A stretch of DNA of 64,000 nt. Origin: the human T2T-CHM13v2.0 reference genome, Homo sapiens. The translations under genes and the position numbers were made by a program. Location of the stretch: NCBI RefSeq assembly GCF_009914755.1, contig NC_060926.1. One strand, written 5' to 3'. The notes under the pieces are model-generated. The model made no database searches and had not been told where the DNA came from. It saw only the letters and a program-made list of their open reading frames with translations. Positions 27,615 through 41,545 of the stretch are shown here, piece after piece. Positions within the stretch are counted from its first letter, which is position 1. Each line of letters begins with the position of its first letter.

Positions 27615-28284
27615 CTGTTGTAAAAACGTAAATATGGAGAGTTACTTTCAGAATTTCTTGTATCCAGAATACTACTTTCGTTAAAAGGATTTATCAGTCT
27701 GTTTCCAGTTATTCAGTTGCTAATGAGTTTCTGAAGAGAGCAGCATTCAGATGAAGTAGATGGTGGTTGAAGTCTTCTGGAAAACACGGCTGCTTATTGT
27801 TGACTAGAATCAAGATGCAATTAATCATGCTTTTGACTTATCCCTGAAAGTAACTGTCACTTCTGGTGACTTAAATGTAAGTAATGTAAGGTCATCTTAG
27901 ACAGTTTTGAAGTTAGATTGCTTTTGCATTTGGACATATCCAAAGGCTAAGAGTATCTTAATTTATTTAAAATACATCTTATAAAAGGAAATGCATTTAT
28001 TCAAATGACTTTCTCTTTATTTCCAGTTCTTCGTTATATATAATTTTCTCACATAAAGAAAACAGATTTTCTTTTTTGGTCATCAAATCCAGTGATAAAC
28101 AGCTCTTTATCAATGTATTGGCTTCAGCTTTGACTCCTTCTACCTATTAACACCAATATCTGAAAAACTGATAATTCCTCTTTAACATCCTGGATCCAAA
28201 AGCTCTATTTTCAACACTCTGCCATAAAACCTGTGTGTATAACTTTCAAGGGTAGCACAATATCTTCCCAAATTTAGTCTGACG
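27615..28284 (-). pseudogene. Large exon remnant, 670 nt, net phase 1-2, with internal compensating frameshifts
   Basis: gttatttctattgcag|SD*IWEDIVLPLKVIHTGFMAEC...; 48-codon open stretch VEGVKAEANTLIKSCLSLDLMTKKENLFSLCEKIIYNEELEIKRKSFE; ends NPFNESSILDTRNSESNSPYLRFYN AG|gtagtt. Confidence 0.5.
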
Positions 28285-29269
28285 CTGCAATAGAAATAAC
28301 AATAAACTTAGTTTAAATTATGCTAATAAAATAATATAAAAAATCACATAATAATAGAGTGCATTGAGTATTCGTTTCTAATGGATTGGCATGAATTAAA
28401 TGGTTTTTAAAGATGGGAACAATTTCTTTTGAGAACAGAACATTCATTGCTTTCTAAAAACAATTTGAGTTCATTTGGAAAGGTAAGCATGAGTTTAAAA
28501 AATATTTTATTTTTCCAGTATCTTTAAGAATGGATAATATTTACTAAACCGATAGGTAAAATTTAAACATTTCTTTAATATGGTCTTTCAGCTCTTTAAA
28601 AAAGAATATGCTATGTAAATATTCTATATATCTCTTTCTTTCCGCAGATATACCATTATCTGATCTCAAATTTTGTGTTTAAATTACCCAATATATACTT
28701 GAAACTAAAAACTATGTAGACATACACTACCACTATTCTCAGTGAAAAACAAAGGAGAAAAACATGAAAATCAATGAACTACTGGAAATCATCCCAAATG
28801 ATATTTAAAGAATGATAGAATTTGGAAAATAGAGTCACAACTGATGCTTATTTGGCTAAGGATCTGGATGGAGCTTGGAAATAAGAAATAAAAATGAACT
28901 AAGCCAAGTCACAAAGTATCTAAAACTAAATGAAACAGTACAAGCATGTGTAAGTGACATTTTTTGATGAGTGACATTTTAAGAAAAGTAGAAAAGCACA
29001 CTCTTTTTTAGAATGTAAGATAGATAAAAAGCTTAAGATTTAATTACTCTTGAGAAATACAAGGCACAGCCAGTCACCCTGACTTGCCCTAAGACTGTTC
29101 ATGTTTTTTTTTTTTTTCTTGTCGCTCAGTTAAGCATAAATTCATAGATTTCATGGTTAAAAGAGCCTGAGATGAGATGCTGGTTGCCTGCACTTAGTCC
29201 TGCCACTTCTTATCGGACCATCTGCTGTCACCTCAAAAAGCCAAGACTGTATAATCTCGGTAAACATAC

Positions 29270-29690
29270 GAACCATTCCTGCATTTAATTTTGGTTGGAA
29301 GGAAGACCCCATTATGTGTATTGATTTTGAAGTGTCACTACCTTCTTTTGATGAATTCTCAGTACCTTATAGCAACTGACTGCATTTCCATGAACATAAT
29401 ATTAAGTCTTAAAAGTGTTTACTACACACTTCTTACATAAATGCTTAACAAAGTTCATGATCTTAGAAGTAAATCTAATTTGCATGAAAGCCTGCCTACG
29501 GGTTTTATTCACCTTCTGGATTTAAGTAGCATTTGTCATCTACGGACCCAAATGTGCTGGAGCTGGCACAGAGTTAGTGATAAGCAGAAGCAATGATTGC
29601 TGGTTGCTGAAACTACCAGTGCCAGTTTAAAACTCCTGAAAACTCTCTTGGCTGAAGACTGGATTGCACCTGACCGTTGGAGCATGTGGG
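29270..29690 (-). pseudogene. Two most 5' exon remnants: ~29690-29513 and 29407-29270 (138 nt)
   Basis: ...SSSTFGSVDDKCYLNPE G|gtgaat; cttttaag|AC LILCSWKCSQLL*GTENSSKEGSDTSKSIHIMGSSFQPKLNAGMV C|gtatgt; phase-1 junctions. Confidence 0.5.
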
Positions 29691-32313
29691 TGTCCTTGCA
29701 GTGTGTCTATATGTGTGTTCTTGTAAGTGGGGGGTTAGGAGTGGTAGGGTTGGGGAAAACCAGAAGAGATCAAATAATCACAGCTATGAGAAAGGACATT
29801 TTATAGAGGATTCACCTTTCCTCAAATCTTTAGCTGCACATTTTATTTTACTCCATTCTCAATTTTATTAATTATTTAGAGATCTGTGTGAGATCTATAA
29901 ATAGTACAGCATACAGATTGAAGAAGCTTAGCAAACCTCACAGTATAGTCCAACTAGTGAAAATGAAAGATAAAGAGAGAATCTGGAAAGCTGCCAAAGA
30001 AAAATGACACTCACTTAAAATGCAATGGTAATTCTAAAGATGGCAGACTTTTCGTCAGAAACTATGGAGGACAAAGACGGCATAAAGACATTTTTAAAGT
30101 GCTGAAAGAAAAAGAAAATCACCAACCCAGATAACACCCACAACAGCCAGTGAAATTATTCTTTCAGAATGAAGGTGAAGTAAAAAATTTTCAGATAAAA
30201 TAAAACTATGAGAATTGATGGTCAGGACACCATCCGCACAAAATAAACTAAAGGAAGTTTTCAGGATTAAAGAAAATGATACCAGTGGAAAATTCAAATC
30301 TTTGGGAATGAATGAAATTGTAAATGTAGCACAAAAATAAGACAATATTTTTATTAATTTCTTTAAATTACACATGACTTGTTTAAAACAATCTAACAAT
30401 GTCTTAAGATATTTATTATATATAACATAAGAACATTAGCATAAAGAATGGTGAGCTGATAGAAGTAAATCAAAATATATGTTCTTATTTTTCCCTACAT
30501 TTTAAAGAAGTTATGCCATATGTATTCTAAGTAAAATGTGAAGAGTTGAAGATAATTTTCTATAATACCTAGAGAATTCTATAAGTAAATAAAGTGAAGA
30601 CATGTAGCTAAAAAGAGAATAGATAAATTGAAATAAAATTCTAAACAATGCTTTAATTCACTCCAAAAGAAGGCAGAAAAAGAAAAAAAGAAACAAATAA
30701 AATAAAAAAAATACATGAACAAATGATAAAATGAAACCTCTAAATAGAACCACTAGAAGCACATCAATATTTACATTAAATGTTAATGTATTAAGCACTC
30801 TATTAAAAGGCAGATGCTTTTAGAATGAGTATAAAAAGGAAGGCCTAACAGTTAATGTTATCTATAAAAGATGCACTTTAAATATAAAGAAGTAGCTATG
30901 TTGGAAATCCATGGATGAAAAAAGATATAGTATGTAAATAGTAAGTATAAGAAAGCTAGAATGAATATATTGTCAGATAAAATCCACTTGAGACAAAGCA
31001 CATTACAAAAAACTGATACATTTAATAAAAGGGCCAATTCATAAAGAAAATATAACAATCATGAATATGTATGTACTTAAGAGAGGCTCAAAATATATCA
31101 CGCAAAAATTAGCAGGATTTTATGATCATAGCAGTAGATAGTAACTACTCCAAATGATTGCACATCAAGACAAAAATATCAAAGAATACATAGGGAATCT
31201 GGGCACTATTTCTTATCTTGACCTAATTGATATTTGTTGAACATTATACGTAACTGCAAAATATGAAATTTATTTCAAGAACTCATTGTATGTTCTAAAA
31301 GACAGACAAGTATGTTAAATCATTTAAAACACTCAACAAATTTAAAAATTTTAAGATTATATAAAGTATATTCTCTGTATACAATGAAGTTAAATTAGAA
31401 ATTGATTAAAATTATTTAGAAAACTCTAAATATGTGAAAATTAAAAAACAAGGCTCAAAATAATTTATCGAAGAAGAAATGACATGAAATATTAGATAAT
31501 ATATTAAAGTAAATGAAAATAAAATCAAAACCTTTCAAAATTAATGAGATCCACCCATAGAAATCCAATAGAGGAAATGTAAAGGTTTTGATGCATATAT
31601 TAGAAAACAAGAAAAGTCTAGAATTAATGAACTAAACTTTCAGTTTAAGAAACTGAAGATAAAAATAGTAAATTAAATTTAAAGTAAGTAGAAGACAGAA
31701 CAAAGATCAAAATAGAAATCAATAACATGCAAAATGGGGACCAATAAAGAACAGAAAAGAAACCAAAGGCCAGTTATTTGACAAGACGAATAAACATGAT
31801 AAAAGTCTAGCTTGAATCAGCAACAAAAAGTTACAAAAATTGTCATTGGAAATGAAACAGACACCATCACCATATTGTCGACAGATATTAAGAGAATAAT
31901 AATTTTATGGACAATAAATGTGACATTTTAGGTGAAATAGGTAAATTCCTTCAGACATAAATTGCCAAAATTGACACCAGAAAATACGAATAGCAACATA
32001 TTTATTAATTTTTTAAATATCAAAAACCTACCCTTCAAGAAAACTCTAGGTTTTCTCTAAATTATGTTTTCTTGGCAAATTTTATGAAACAGTTAAGGGG
32101 CAATTTACACCAAACTTACACAAACTCTTTCAGAGAATAGAAGAGGGGCCCACAACCCCCAACTCATTTTAAGAGGCATCCGTGTTACATCAAAACCTGA
32201 TAAAGGTTTTACAAAACAAGAAAATTAGAGACTAATATTCCTTATAAAATGAGATGCAAAATTACTTAATGAATTATATCATAACCAAAAGGAGTTTAAC
32301 TCAGGAATCCAAG

Positions 32314-32493
32314 TGTTGTAGGCAGGCTCTATGATGGCTCCTACTAGTCCCTGCATCCTGGTATTCATGGTCTTGTAATCATTTCACATTGAATGTTGGC
32401 TGGGTTTAGTGACTCACTTCTAACTTCTGATGTTCTGTTACCAGAAAGTACATTTTTACTTCAGCTTTTGTCTTGCTGTTCTTTCTCCTTCCG

Positions 32494-32524
<31 letters not shown>

Positions 32525-32835
32525 TTCTGTCTTAAACTGCTCACTCTTAAAGAAGCCAGCTGTCCTGTCATGAGGCAGTTCTGTAGCAAAAAATAGCCAG
32601 TAAGAAACTGAGGCCTTCAGCTCAATAGCCCGTGAGGAATGGAGGCCCACACGAGTAAGCTTAGAAGATCTTTGTCCAATTGCATCTTTAGATGCAATTG
32701 TTTGCCTGAATCCTCCTAAGAAACCTTGCACCAAAGCCATCTATCTAAGCTGAACTTGGCTTCCTGACCCACAAAAAATGTGAGATAAATGTTTATTGTT
32801 TTAAAGTGCTGTCTTTTGGATGTAATTTATTGCAG
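32314..32835 (+). mobile_element. MLT1 (MLT1F/G-like) solo LTR within the L1
   Basis: TGTTGTAGGCAGGCTCTATGATGGCTCC...CTTCCTGACCCACAAAAAATGTGAGATAAATGTTTATTGTTTTAAAG. Confidence 0.7.
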
Positions 32836-33800
32836 TTTAACCTTAAAATAATCAAATTAAGATAAATGAAGAACAACTATATTATCATTTAAATAGATAT
32901 AGAAAAAGCATATAACATGTATGACAACAACTGATGATTAAAAAAACTCACTAAGAAAAGTGTGCAACTAATCTGCTTAAAGGTGAAATATTGAAATGTT
33001 TCCCCTAAGTCTAGGAACCAGATAAAAATGTGCACTCCCAACACATGTGTTTGATATTTTATATCATATATATTTAATATCATATATATGGAATGTTTTA
33101 TATTTTTTTAAAATACATATATTTCACTTCATGATGTGTACTCTCACCACTTGTGTATAATATTTTATTGACATCTTGGTGCAATAAAACATGAAAAAGA
33201 AATAAAAAAAGTAAAGATGAGAAAGGAAGTAATAAGGCTATTTCTATTTGCACATGACAGGATTATTTACATAGAAAGTTTTATTTAGACTCTAGAACCA
33301 AGAAGTAAAAATTAGAAATAAGGCATAATAAAAGTGAAATATTTTCAAATTCAGCTGTATTTTTATATACTAACAACTATCATTTTAACTTTAAAAGCAT
33401 TTCCATGTGTAATTCTCTGAAAAAACTTAAAACACTCTAGAATAAATTAACAGAAGATGTGCAAGCTATTATTATCAAAACTAGGTAACATTGCTGAGAG
33501 AAAGTAAAGAAGCCATAAATTAATAGGGTAATGAACAATTGATTGACAGATTCATTATTAAGATAACATTTGTTCCAGAATTCACCTATGGATTCAAAGC
33601 TATCACTTTCAAAATACCACTATTTATTTTATAGAAATTAGCAAAGATATTCTAAAAAGTTTTATGATAATGTTAATGATCCAGAATAGATAAATTATTA
33701 AAATAAGTTTGGAAGAGTTAAAAATGACCTGATTTCAAGAATAGTATAAGGTTAGTGCAATTAAGCGAGTGAGATTTGTATGTTAAAATAGGCATATAGA

Positions 33801-34151
<351 letters not shown>

Positions 34152-36941
34152 TTATATATGGTCAATTAACTTTTGACAAAGATTTTGAGGAAATTCAGTG
34201 GTAAAAGGAAAGTCTTTTTAACAAATTGTGTTGGAACAATTAAATATACATATAGAAAAAGTAAATTTTGACTCCTATCAAACAAAACGCATAAATATCA
34301 ACTCAAAACTCTATTAAGTAGAGATCTAAATGTGAAGGTTAAAATAATAAAACTTTTAATAGAAGAGAAATCAGAAATCTTTACTAACTCAGAGTATGAA
34401 AAGATTTCTTAGTACATAAAAAGTATGAATTAAAAAGAATCCACTTAATTTTGTTGAAATCAAATATTTTTTGCTCTTAAAAGAGCATATAAAAGAGGAA
34501 AGGCAAGCTATGAAATGGGATAAGATATTTGCAATGACAAATTTCAAACAACAAACTTTTATCCAGTATATATAAATAGTCCTTATAACTCAATAATAGA
34601 AGATTAAAAACAACCTATAATAAAATGGGAGAAAGATTTCACAAAAGAAGATACACAAATGTCCACTTAACACATGAAAACAGCATTAGGAATCAGGGAA
34701 ATGCAAATTACAACTACAAAGAAATATCTCTAAATAGTCACAAAATAGCTAAAATTTTAAAAGACCAAAAGTACACAGTTTTGATGAAGGCATGGAATAA
34801 GTGAAATACTCATATGCTGCTAGTATGAATGTAAAATGGCATGATCACTTTGACAACTGTTGGCATATATAATGGCATATAATGTAGCCATTCTATTCCT
34901 AGGTATTTATCTAAGAGAAATACAAATATACAAATATATATCCACATAAATACTTGTGTAAAGATGTTCAACCTACATTATTCACCATAGCCAAAACCTG
35001 GGAACAATGCTAAGTCTTACCAACAAATGAATGAATGAGCTCAGTTATATGTATGGAATGGAATACTCATTAGAAATACATAGCTGAGGAAAACTGTTAC
35101 ACATAGCAATAAATATCAATTTCAAAAGTATGTGAGTAAAAGAAGCAAGACAGAAACAAATACATGCAACACAATTTAATTTGTATATAATTCTAGAAAG
35201 TACAAACTGATTTATAGTGACAAAACGATCAATGGTTTCCTGGGCTTGAGATGGAGGGAGTCACACTTCCAAAAAGAAAGAACATTTTAAGAGGTGATAG
35301 ATTCTTTATATTGATTGTGATCATGTCTTCATGGGCATGTACTTCTGGTAAAATCAATCACACAAATCATACGATTTAAATAGATATGGTACATAAACTT
35401 ATACAGTATTTAAATCACACTTCAATAAAATTAATTAAACAAAAAATTTAAAACTTGAGTCTAAACCTCACTCATAAAGAAAAATGAACTGAGCCACCTG
35501 AGTGTAATCATAATAGCACTGGGTAAAATATGAAAGCATTATGTGATTGTTGTTATGGAATATAACCATATAAACCAGGCACATGCAATGTATGAGGTCC
35601 TATGCTCTAAATGTGATGAAACACGACAAAAAACAGAAACTCTGAAAGTACTTTCCGGAAACATTGGTGACTTCACATGACTAAAAACTCCCCAGTCCTT
35701 TTCCTCAAATCTTGTATACCAGCTAAGGAGCTGGAAATACATACATACCAGCCCCTAAGCTGGTATACATATACATATATAATATATGTTTTTCATGACT
35801 ATATATATATACACACACACATATATCCGCTGTAAGAGAGTTCTCCTTAACTAATTAAAATCTGGAAATCTGGAAGCAAAACCACATGGCTGCCCAGAGG
35901 AAAGATATACTTCCAGGTAAACAAGACGGAGAAGTGATCATGGAAGAGCTGACACCATGCAGAGATCTTAAAGACTGGTGAGATACTGGGAAGCTTAAGG
36001 GAGAATAGTCAGACAAGAAAGCCATAGTTATTGAAAGAAAATAGAGGCAACCAAGAGACTGGGTTCTGCACGGAAGTAGTAGCTAAGGTAGGAAGGTTCT
36101 GGGTGACTGTATCTCAGCTTCTGTTTGATTAATCTGTGCCAATATCTTCTGTTATTTATTTTTAAAATTTGCTACATCTCAGAAATGCATTAACTATACC
36201 ATTTTCAATTTAAAATGGGTGTATGGGCTCTGAAAAGTGATACTGATATGCTCAACTAGGAAGCCCTGCCATTGGTAAAATGAGATTTCACACAGGTACA
36301 TTGTCTCTTGAGTAACTCTATTATGGACCCAGTAATGCCTACCCAATTAATCACTGAGGCTCAGACAGATTCACTGAGGCAGACAGCAGCCAAAGAGTGA
36401 TGATTTAGATCAACCTTAGAAAGAGGTTTCAAAGAGCATTAGGCGCACTGAAATCCTGTGGTCCATCAAACTTGCATTAATCCTACCAGCCCTTCACTGG
36501 GCCCTCAGTGCTCTCAAGCATCCATGAATTTGCCTGCTCCCTTTCTGTCCCTATTCACCACTGCAGTGCTTCCAAGATTCCCCAGGCACTTCTCACACTC
36601 ACTAGAAATCTTTGCTTCCTACTTCACATAAATAGAGGTTAGCAGTCCTAAATCTACTCAATAAACTTGTCCAGTCTATTTTCAAAATTCTCTTGATTTA
36701 TAAGAGAAGTCTCTTCTCTTGCCCAAGGTTAATTTGTTCCTCTTACGTCTTCTGACTTCCTTTAAGACATTGTACCATATGCTATTTCACCTCTCTTTCC
36801 AGTTCTATGTTTTCTATTACCATTAAGGCCTTCAATGAACTCAATTTGCTCTCATTTTAAAACTAAAAAGCAAGAGTAAAAAAAATCAGAAAAATACCGT
36901 TTCTTCTACATTGTCGTTTATTCAAATGTTTTAAAATACAG

Positions 36942-37470
36942 TGTATTAATATAAATTTTGAGGTATAGTAAGGCCAACAGATCAGCAACTTATTGCCATT
37001 GAAAACAGTCTATTACTCACAGTTTTCAAGAGGAGGGGACACACCATGCTACAGGGAGCCATGTAGGAAAGTGCTAGGCTGGGCCATGGGGCAGAGGGCA
37101 GAGTGAGAACTGTGGGCAAAAGCCTGTATTGTGGTTTCCACATGAAGGGAAAGATGAGACAGAGTAAGCAGGTTTAGGATTGGCTAGTTGAAATAATTTC
37201 AGCAGGCTCTGGGGTGCAGAGACTGTTCCTAGTTATCTGGCACCTGCCCTGGATGATTAGAGCAGGTGGATAGTGACCCAGAGTGTGTACACTGAGTACA
37301 AAAGGTGATTATGGCATGGGCTCTGGATTGGTTGGTTTGTATTTGAAAAACATGTACCAGGAAAATTGCTCTAGAGAAGTGTGTGGAGGAACAATGAGAG
37401 AGGCAGGAAGCCAGGACAAGGTGATTTGGGTGTATTATCAGGTTGTCCAAAGCAAGAAGTATTCAGCACA
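36942..37470 (-). mobile_element. ERVL-class LTR (MER54/MER74-like)
   Basis: AGTAAGGCCAACAGATCAG...GTTTAGGATTGGCTAGTTGAAATAATTTCAGCAGGCTCTGGGG resembles this LTR group; subfamily uncertain. Confidence 0.55.
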
Positions 37471-39639
37471 TGCATGGAGGGCAATTAACACACAATTTAT
37501 AGAAGCAATTAACATGGTTAGTACATGCAGCTACCATGCCAAAATTTTTGTCCTCTTCAAGATAGAAGTTCCTGAAGTAGCTTTATTTAGTATTTGTACT
37601 ACTTGCTCACTACTCAGCAAGAATAAATTTTCTGCCGAGCTCTATAAAGACTTTGAAATTGATGTAAGGTCTGCAATGAGTTCTTAAATGTCTCTTCAAC
37701 TTTGTCACTGCTCTTGCTCATAGCCACTAGCTTCATTCAGGCACTTGTTATCTCTTGTCAGAACTATCTTAATTGCCCTGTAAACAGCTTCATGCATCTA
37801 GATTCCAACCTATACCCTGACCTATCTAGCATTCTAAAGCACACATCTCATGGTCCTCTTCATTGTCTATTACAGGCTACAGAACACACACACTCCAGCC
37901 TCATAAAGTAGTTTTCCAGTCTCTCTCCATCCACGTGATACCCTTCAATGTTACCTTCTACAATTTAGTCACATTAAGTTATCTGAAACTCAAGTGCTCA
38001 ATTTTGCCCCCATGCCTATATACACATGGTTAGCTTTTGTGTGGGAAACCACTCAGCGCCCCTGGGGCCACTACTCTTTTGTTAATATGGTAGGCTGACT
38101 ACATTGATGGCCCAGATCTTCACTTCTCCCATCATAAGTGAGGAACTCTGTCTCACACATTGGCCCTCAGATTCACCATGTGACATACAGCCCACCTCGG
38201 AAGCATGGGAGAACACGGGGGAGATCATAAACTGCCTAGCTGACCTAAGGACTTATAGGAAATTATTAATAATAAAATTAATGAATGGCTGCTGCATTGA
38301 GCCACTAATTTATACTGCAGTTTCTTAAACAATGGTGCCTAACTGACAAATTAATTTTACATAGACTAGGACCTCTCAAACACTACGTGTTAATCATCTT
38401 TATGTGCCCAGTATTTTGCAGAAAGTAGCTGCTCAAATGTGTGATGAGCCTATCAATCAATAAATGAAATATTACTAATACTCCTCCTCTTTCCTATTCT
38501 TTCCTTCCAGTAATTTTTTACCCCTTGCATTTGATCCCTTTCCAAAGTTTAAAAATAATAAATAGGTTACTGCAGTATATGAATCGTAATGTTATCATAA
38601 ACATAGATTGTCATAAAAATAAATCTAAAGAAGTATTGAAAATCATCATTGGTGGTTCTTGTGAGGCCCAAGTACATCATATTATCAACAACCTGTGCTT
38701 ATTCTAATGTTTTATTTTATAACTGTACTGACATTGCACATAATGAAATTGTAAAACTCAAGACAGTGTTACCATTTGTGAAATGGCAAGACATTATAAA
38801 CTAAATCATGAATAAATATAAATTTCCATGAATTTAAGCTATAGGCACTATCCACCTTCAACTCAAATACCAGGTTATTTTATGGAAATTAGAAGGGAAA
38901 AATATTCAGGAGTTTCTTAGTAGCTCTCTTTGCAAATTAACTTGTAATGATTCTTAAGAAGTTGCCCTAGAACATAATCACTATTCTCCTTTAGTTATTC
39001 AAACATTAGCCTCTCCTATTTTAATGAAATTACAATAGAATTTTGAGCCCTTGTTGAAACATGCCATAAGATTACTAATGACAATTTTTAAGTTATCTAA
39101 CCAGTCAAGCATTCAGCAATCCACAAATTTGGCTATGTTTATTATTGAGCTGCATAAACCATAGTATATTATCATATATTTAATTTCTCAAACATCATGA
39201 CAATATAAATAACATATAAGAAATAAATGTTTTTTAGGAATACATGGAAGTTTAGTATCCTTTTGCCTATCTGGTGTGCACTAATTTATATATGTATTAA
39301 TTCAACAAATATTTTGAGGACCAAATATGTTTGAGCTAATGCCAGCCAAGGTGGAAAACACAACAGTTTTGTGGAAAATAGAGCTATTTAAATAATTACA
39401 ATCCCATGAGTGCTAGTCTTGATGTATATAAAAATTTCAAGAAACTGGAGGAGAGGTTAATGCATTTTTCTAGGGAAATCCTCAAGAAAGAAATGGTTTT
39501 GGGATCAGGTGTTCCAGACTAAGTCGGATCTCATAGGTAGACAAGGTGTAAAATGGCATTCTGAGACAGAGACAATGGCATATTTAAAGTCAAAGACACT
39601 GGGAAGGGTCTGCTGGTTCTCTGAAGAGTTCCCCTTGAC

Positions 39640-40010
39640 TATGGAGTCAAGGGGAACAAGTTTATGGACCAGCAGCAGCAGCATCGCCAGGGAGTTTGTT
39701 AGAAATGCACATTCTCTGGACCCATCCCAGTCTTGCTGAATCAGACTCTGGTGAGGCAGAAAAATCTGTGTTTAATAATTTGCCACATGCTTATTGAGCA
39801 TGTCAACATTCAAGAAGTATGACTATTGGAAAGTAGTTCCAAAGCATAAGGTGTACCAAAATCACGTGACACTCTGGGTGTTTCAAAATACCAACTTTTG
39901 ATCCTTACCCTAAAGTTTCTGATCCAGTACGTCCGGATGAGCTTAAGAATTGCATCTCTAACATGTTCCCAGGTTATGTCAAGGCTGCAGATCCAGGAAA
40001 CATACCGAAC
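39640..40010. mobile_element. Two adjacent MER5A (hAT-Charlie) elements in opposite orientation
   Basis: GGACCAGCAGCAGCAGCATCGCCAGGGAGTTTGTTAGAAATGCAC, then GAATTGCATCTCTAACATGTTCCCAGG. Confidence 0.7.
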
Positions 40011-40073
40011 TAGGGGTGTGAGTAGCTGATGTTGAATTTAAATGCCATTTGAGGCCAGATTATCAAAGAAGTA

Positions 40074-41143
40074 TGTGGGTGGTAGGCAGAATGTTAAGAT
40101 TTCCTTTACAATTTCAGACCTTTGGTGTATATACCCCCTCTCCATGTTATGCAATTAAGTACTATTCTCAGTACTGTTTGAAGGGTTTTAAAGGTGTAAT
40201 TATGATCCCAATCACTTGAATTTTAAGTACGAATATTTTTCAGACAGTTCAAAATAAATCAGTTGAGCACATTAAATCTAGACCTAGATGTTGGAAAATG
40301 AAGATGTTAAGAGATTTATAATTCGAGATCCATGCCGTTGGAGGGTCCCAGTATCAAGGAATACTGGTAGTTTCTAGAAGCTTAATGTGTGGTTGTCTCA
40401 GTTGTACAATCACAAAAGACTGATTTTTTTTTTTTTGGCCAAAAACAAAAATTAAATTGGAACTAGTGAGAGGTGAAGCCAGCTGGACTTCCTTGGTTGA
40501 GTGGGGACTTGGAGAACTTCTCTTACAAGAGGTTTGTAAAATGCACCAATTAGTGCTTTCTAAAAATGCTCCAATCGGTGCTCTGTAGCTAGCTAGAGTT
40601 TTGTAAAATGCACCAACCAGCGCTATGTAGCTAGCTAGAGGTTAGTAAAATGGACCAATCAGCACCCTGTAAAGTAGACCAATCAGCACTCTGTTAAATG
40701 GACCAATCAGCAGGACATGGGTGGGACAAATAAGGGAATAAAAGCTGGACACCCCCAGCCAGCAGTGGCAACCCGCTTGGGTCCCCTTCCGCACTGTCCA
40801 GGCTTTGTTCTTTTGCTCTTCACAATAAATGCTGCTGCTCACTCTTTGGGTCCAAGCCACCTTTAAGAGCTGTAACACTCACCACGAAGGTCCGCAGCTT
40901 CATTCTTGAAGTCAAGGAGACCACAAACCCACCGGAAGGAACCAACTCCGGACATACTAGGTTTTTTTTCTCTCCCAGAGCCTGCAAATATTAACTCAGT
41001 TGGGCTGACACCTTAATTTCAGCCCTGTGATTCCCTGGGCAGAGAAGCCAGCCATGACACACCAGACCTCTGACCTACAGAAGTGTGGTTTTAAGTCACT
41101 AAGTTAGTGGTAACTTGTTACACAACAACTGAAAACAAATACA
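40074..41143 (+). mobile_element. MLT1 (MLT1E-like) LTR split by LTR12
   Basis: TGTGGGTGGTAGGCAGAATGTTAAGAT start; GTTTTAAGTCACTAAGTTAGTGGTAACTTGTTACACAAC...AATACA end. Confidence 0.7.
40467..40956 (+). mobile_element. LTR12 (LTR12F-like, ERV9) solo LTR
   Basis: TGAGAGGTGAAGCCAGCTGGACTTCC start; tandem CCAAT-containing units; AATAAA; perfect 4-bp TSD CTAG. Confidence 0.9.
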
Positions 41144-41233
41144 GACTATAAATGTCAGCCTTTAAATAGTTTGTATTTCAAGATCAATCCATTAATATTG
41201 GAGAGTTATTAAATATTTTTAAGCAAATGTAAG

Positions 41234-41545
41234 TTTTTTGTTTGTTTGTTTGTTTCTAGACATGGTCTTGCTCTTGCTCTTTCATCCAGACAGGAGTTCA
41301 GTGGCTTGATCATGACTCACCATATCCTTGCCCTCCCAGACTCAAGCAGATCCTCCCACCTGAGCCTCCCAATTAGCTGGGACTACAGGCATAAGCCACC
41401 GTGTCTGGCTAATTTTTAAATTTTTTGCAGAAATGGTGTCTCCCTCTGTTGCCAAGGCTGGTCTTGAACTCCTGGGCTCATGTAATCTTCCCATCTTGGC
41501 CTCTCAAAGTGTTGGTATTATAGGTGTAAGTCGCTGTAGCCAGCC
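41234..41545 (-). mobile_element. AluJ
   Basis: Diverged antisense Alu with (TTTG)n tail; J-type CTCAAGCAGATCCTCCCACC and CCTGGGCTCA motifs. Confidence 0.9.

Noticed and set aside
35530-35565. HYVIVVMEY resembling a kinase subdomain V motif
   Set aside because: Too short, preceded by a stop, and no other kinase motifs nearby.
37283-37687. 134-aa ORF, the longest in the track
   Set aside because: Begins inside an LTR with a non-ATG start; no recognisable homology.
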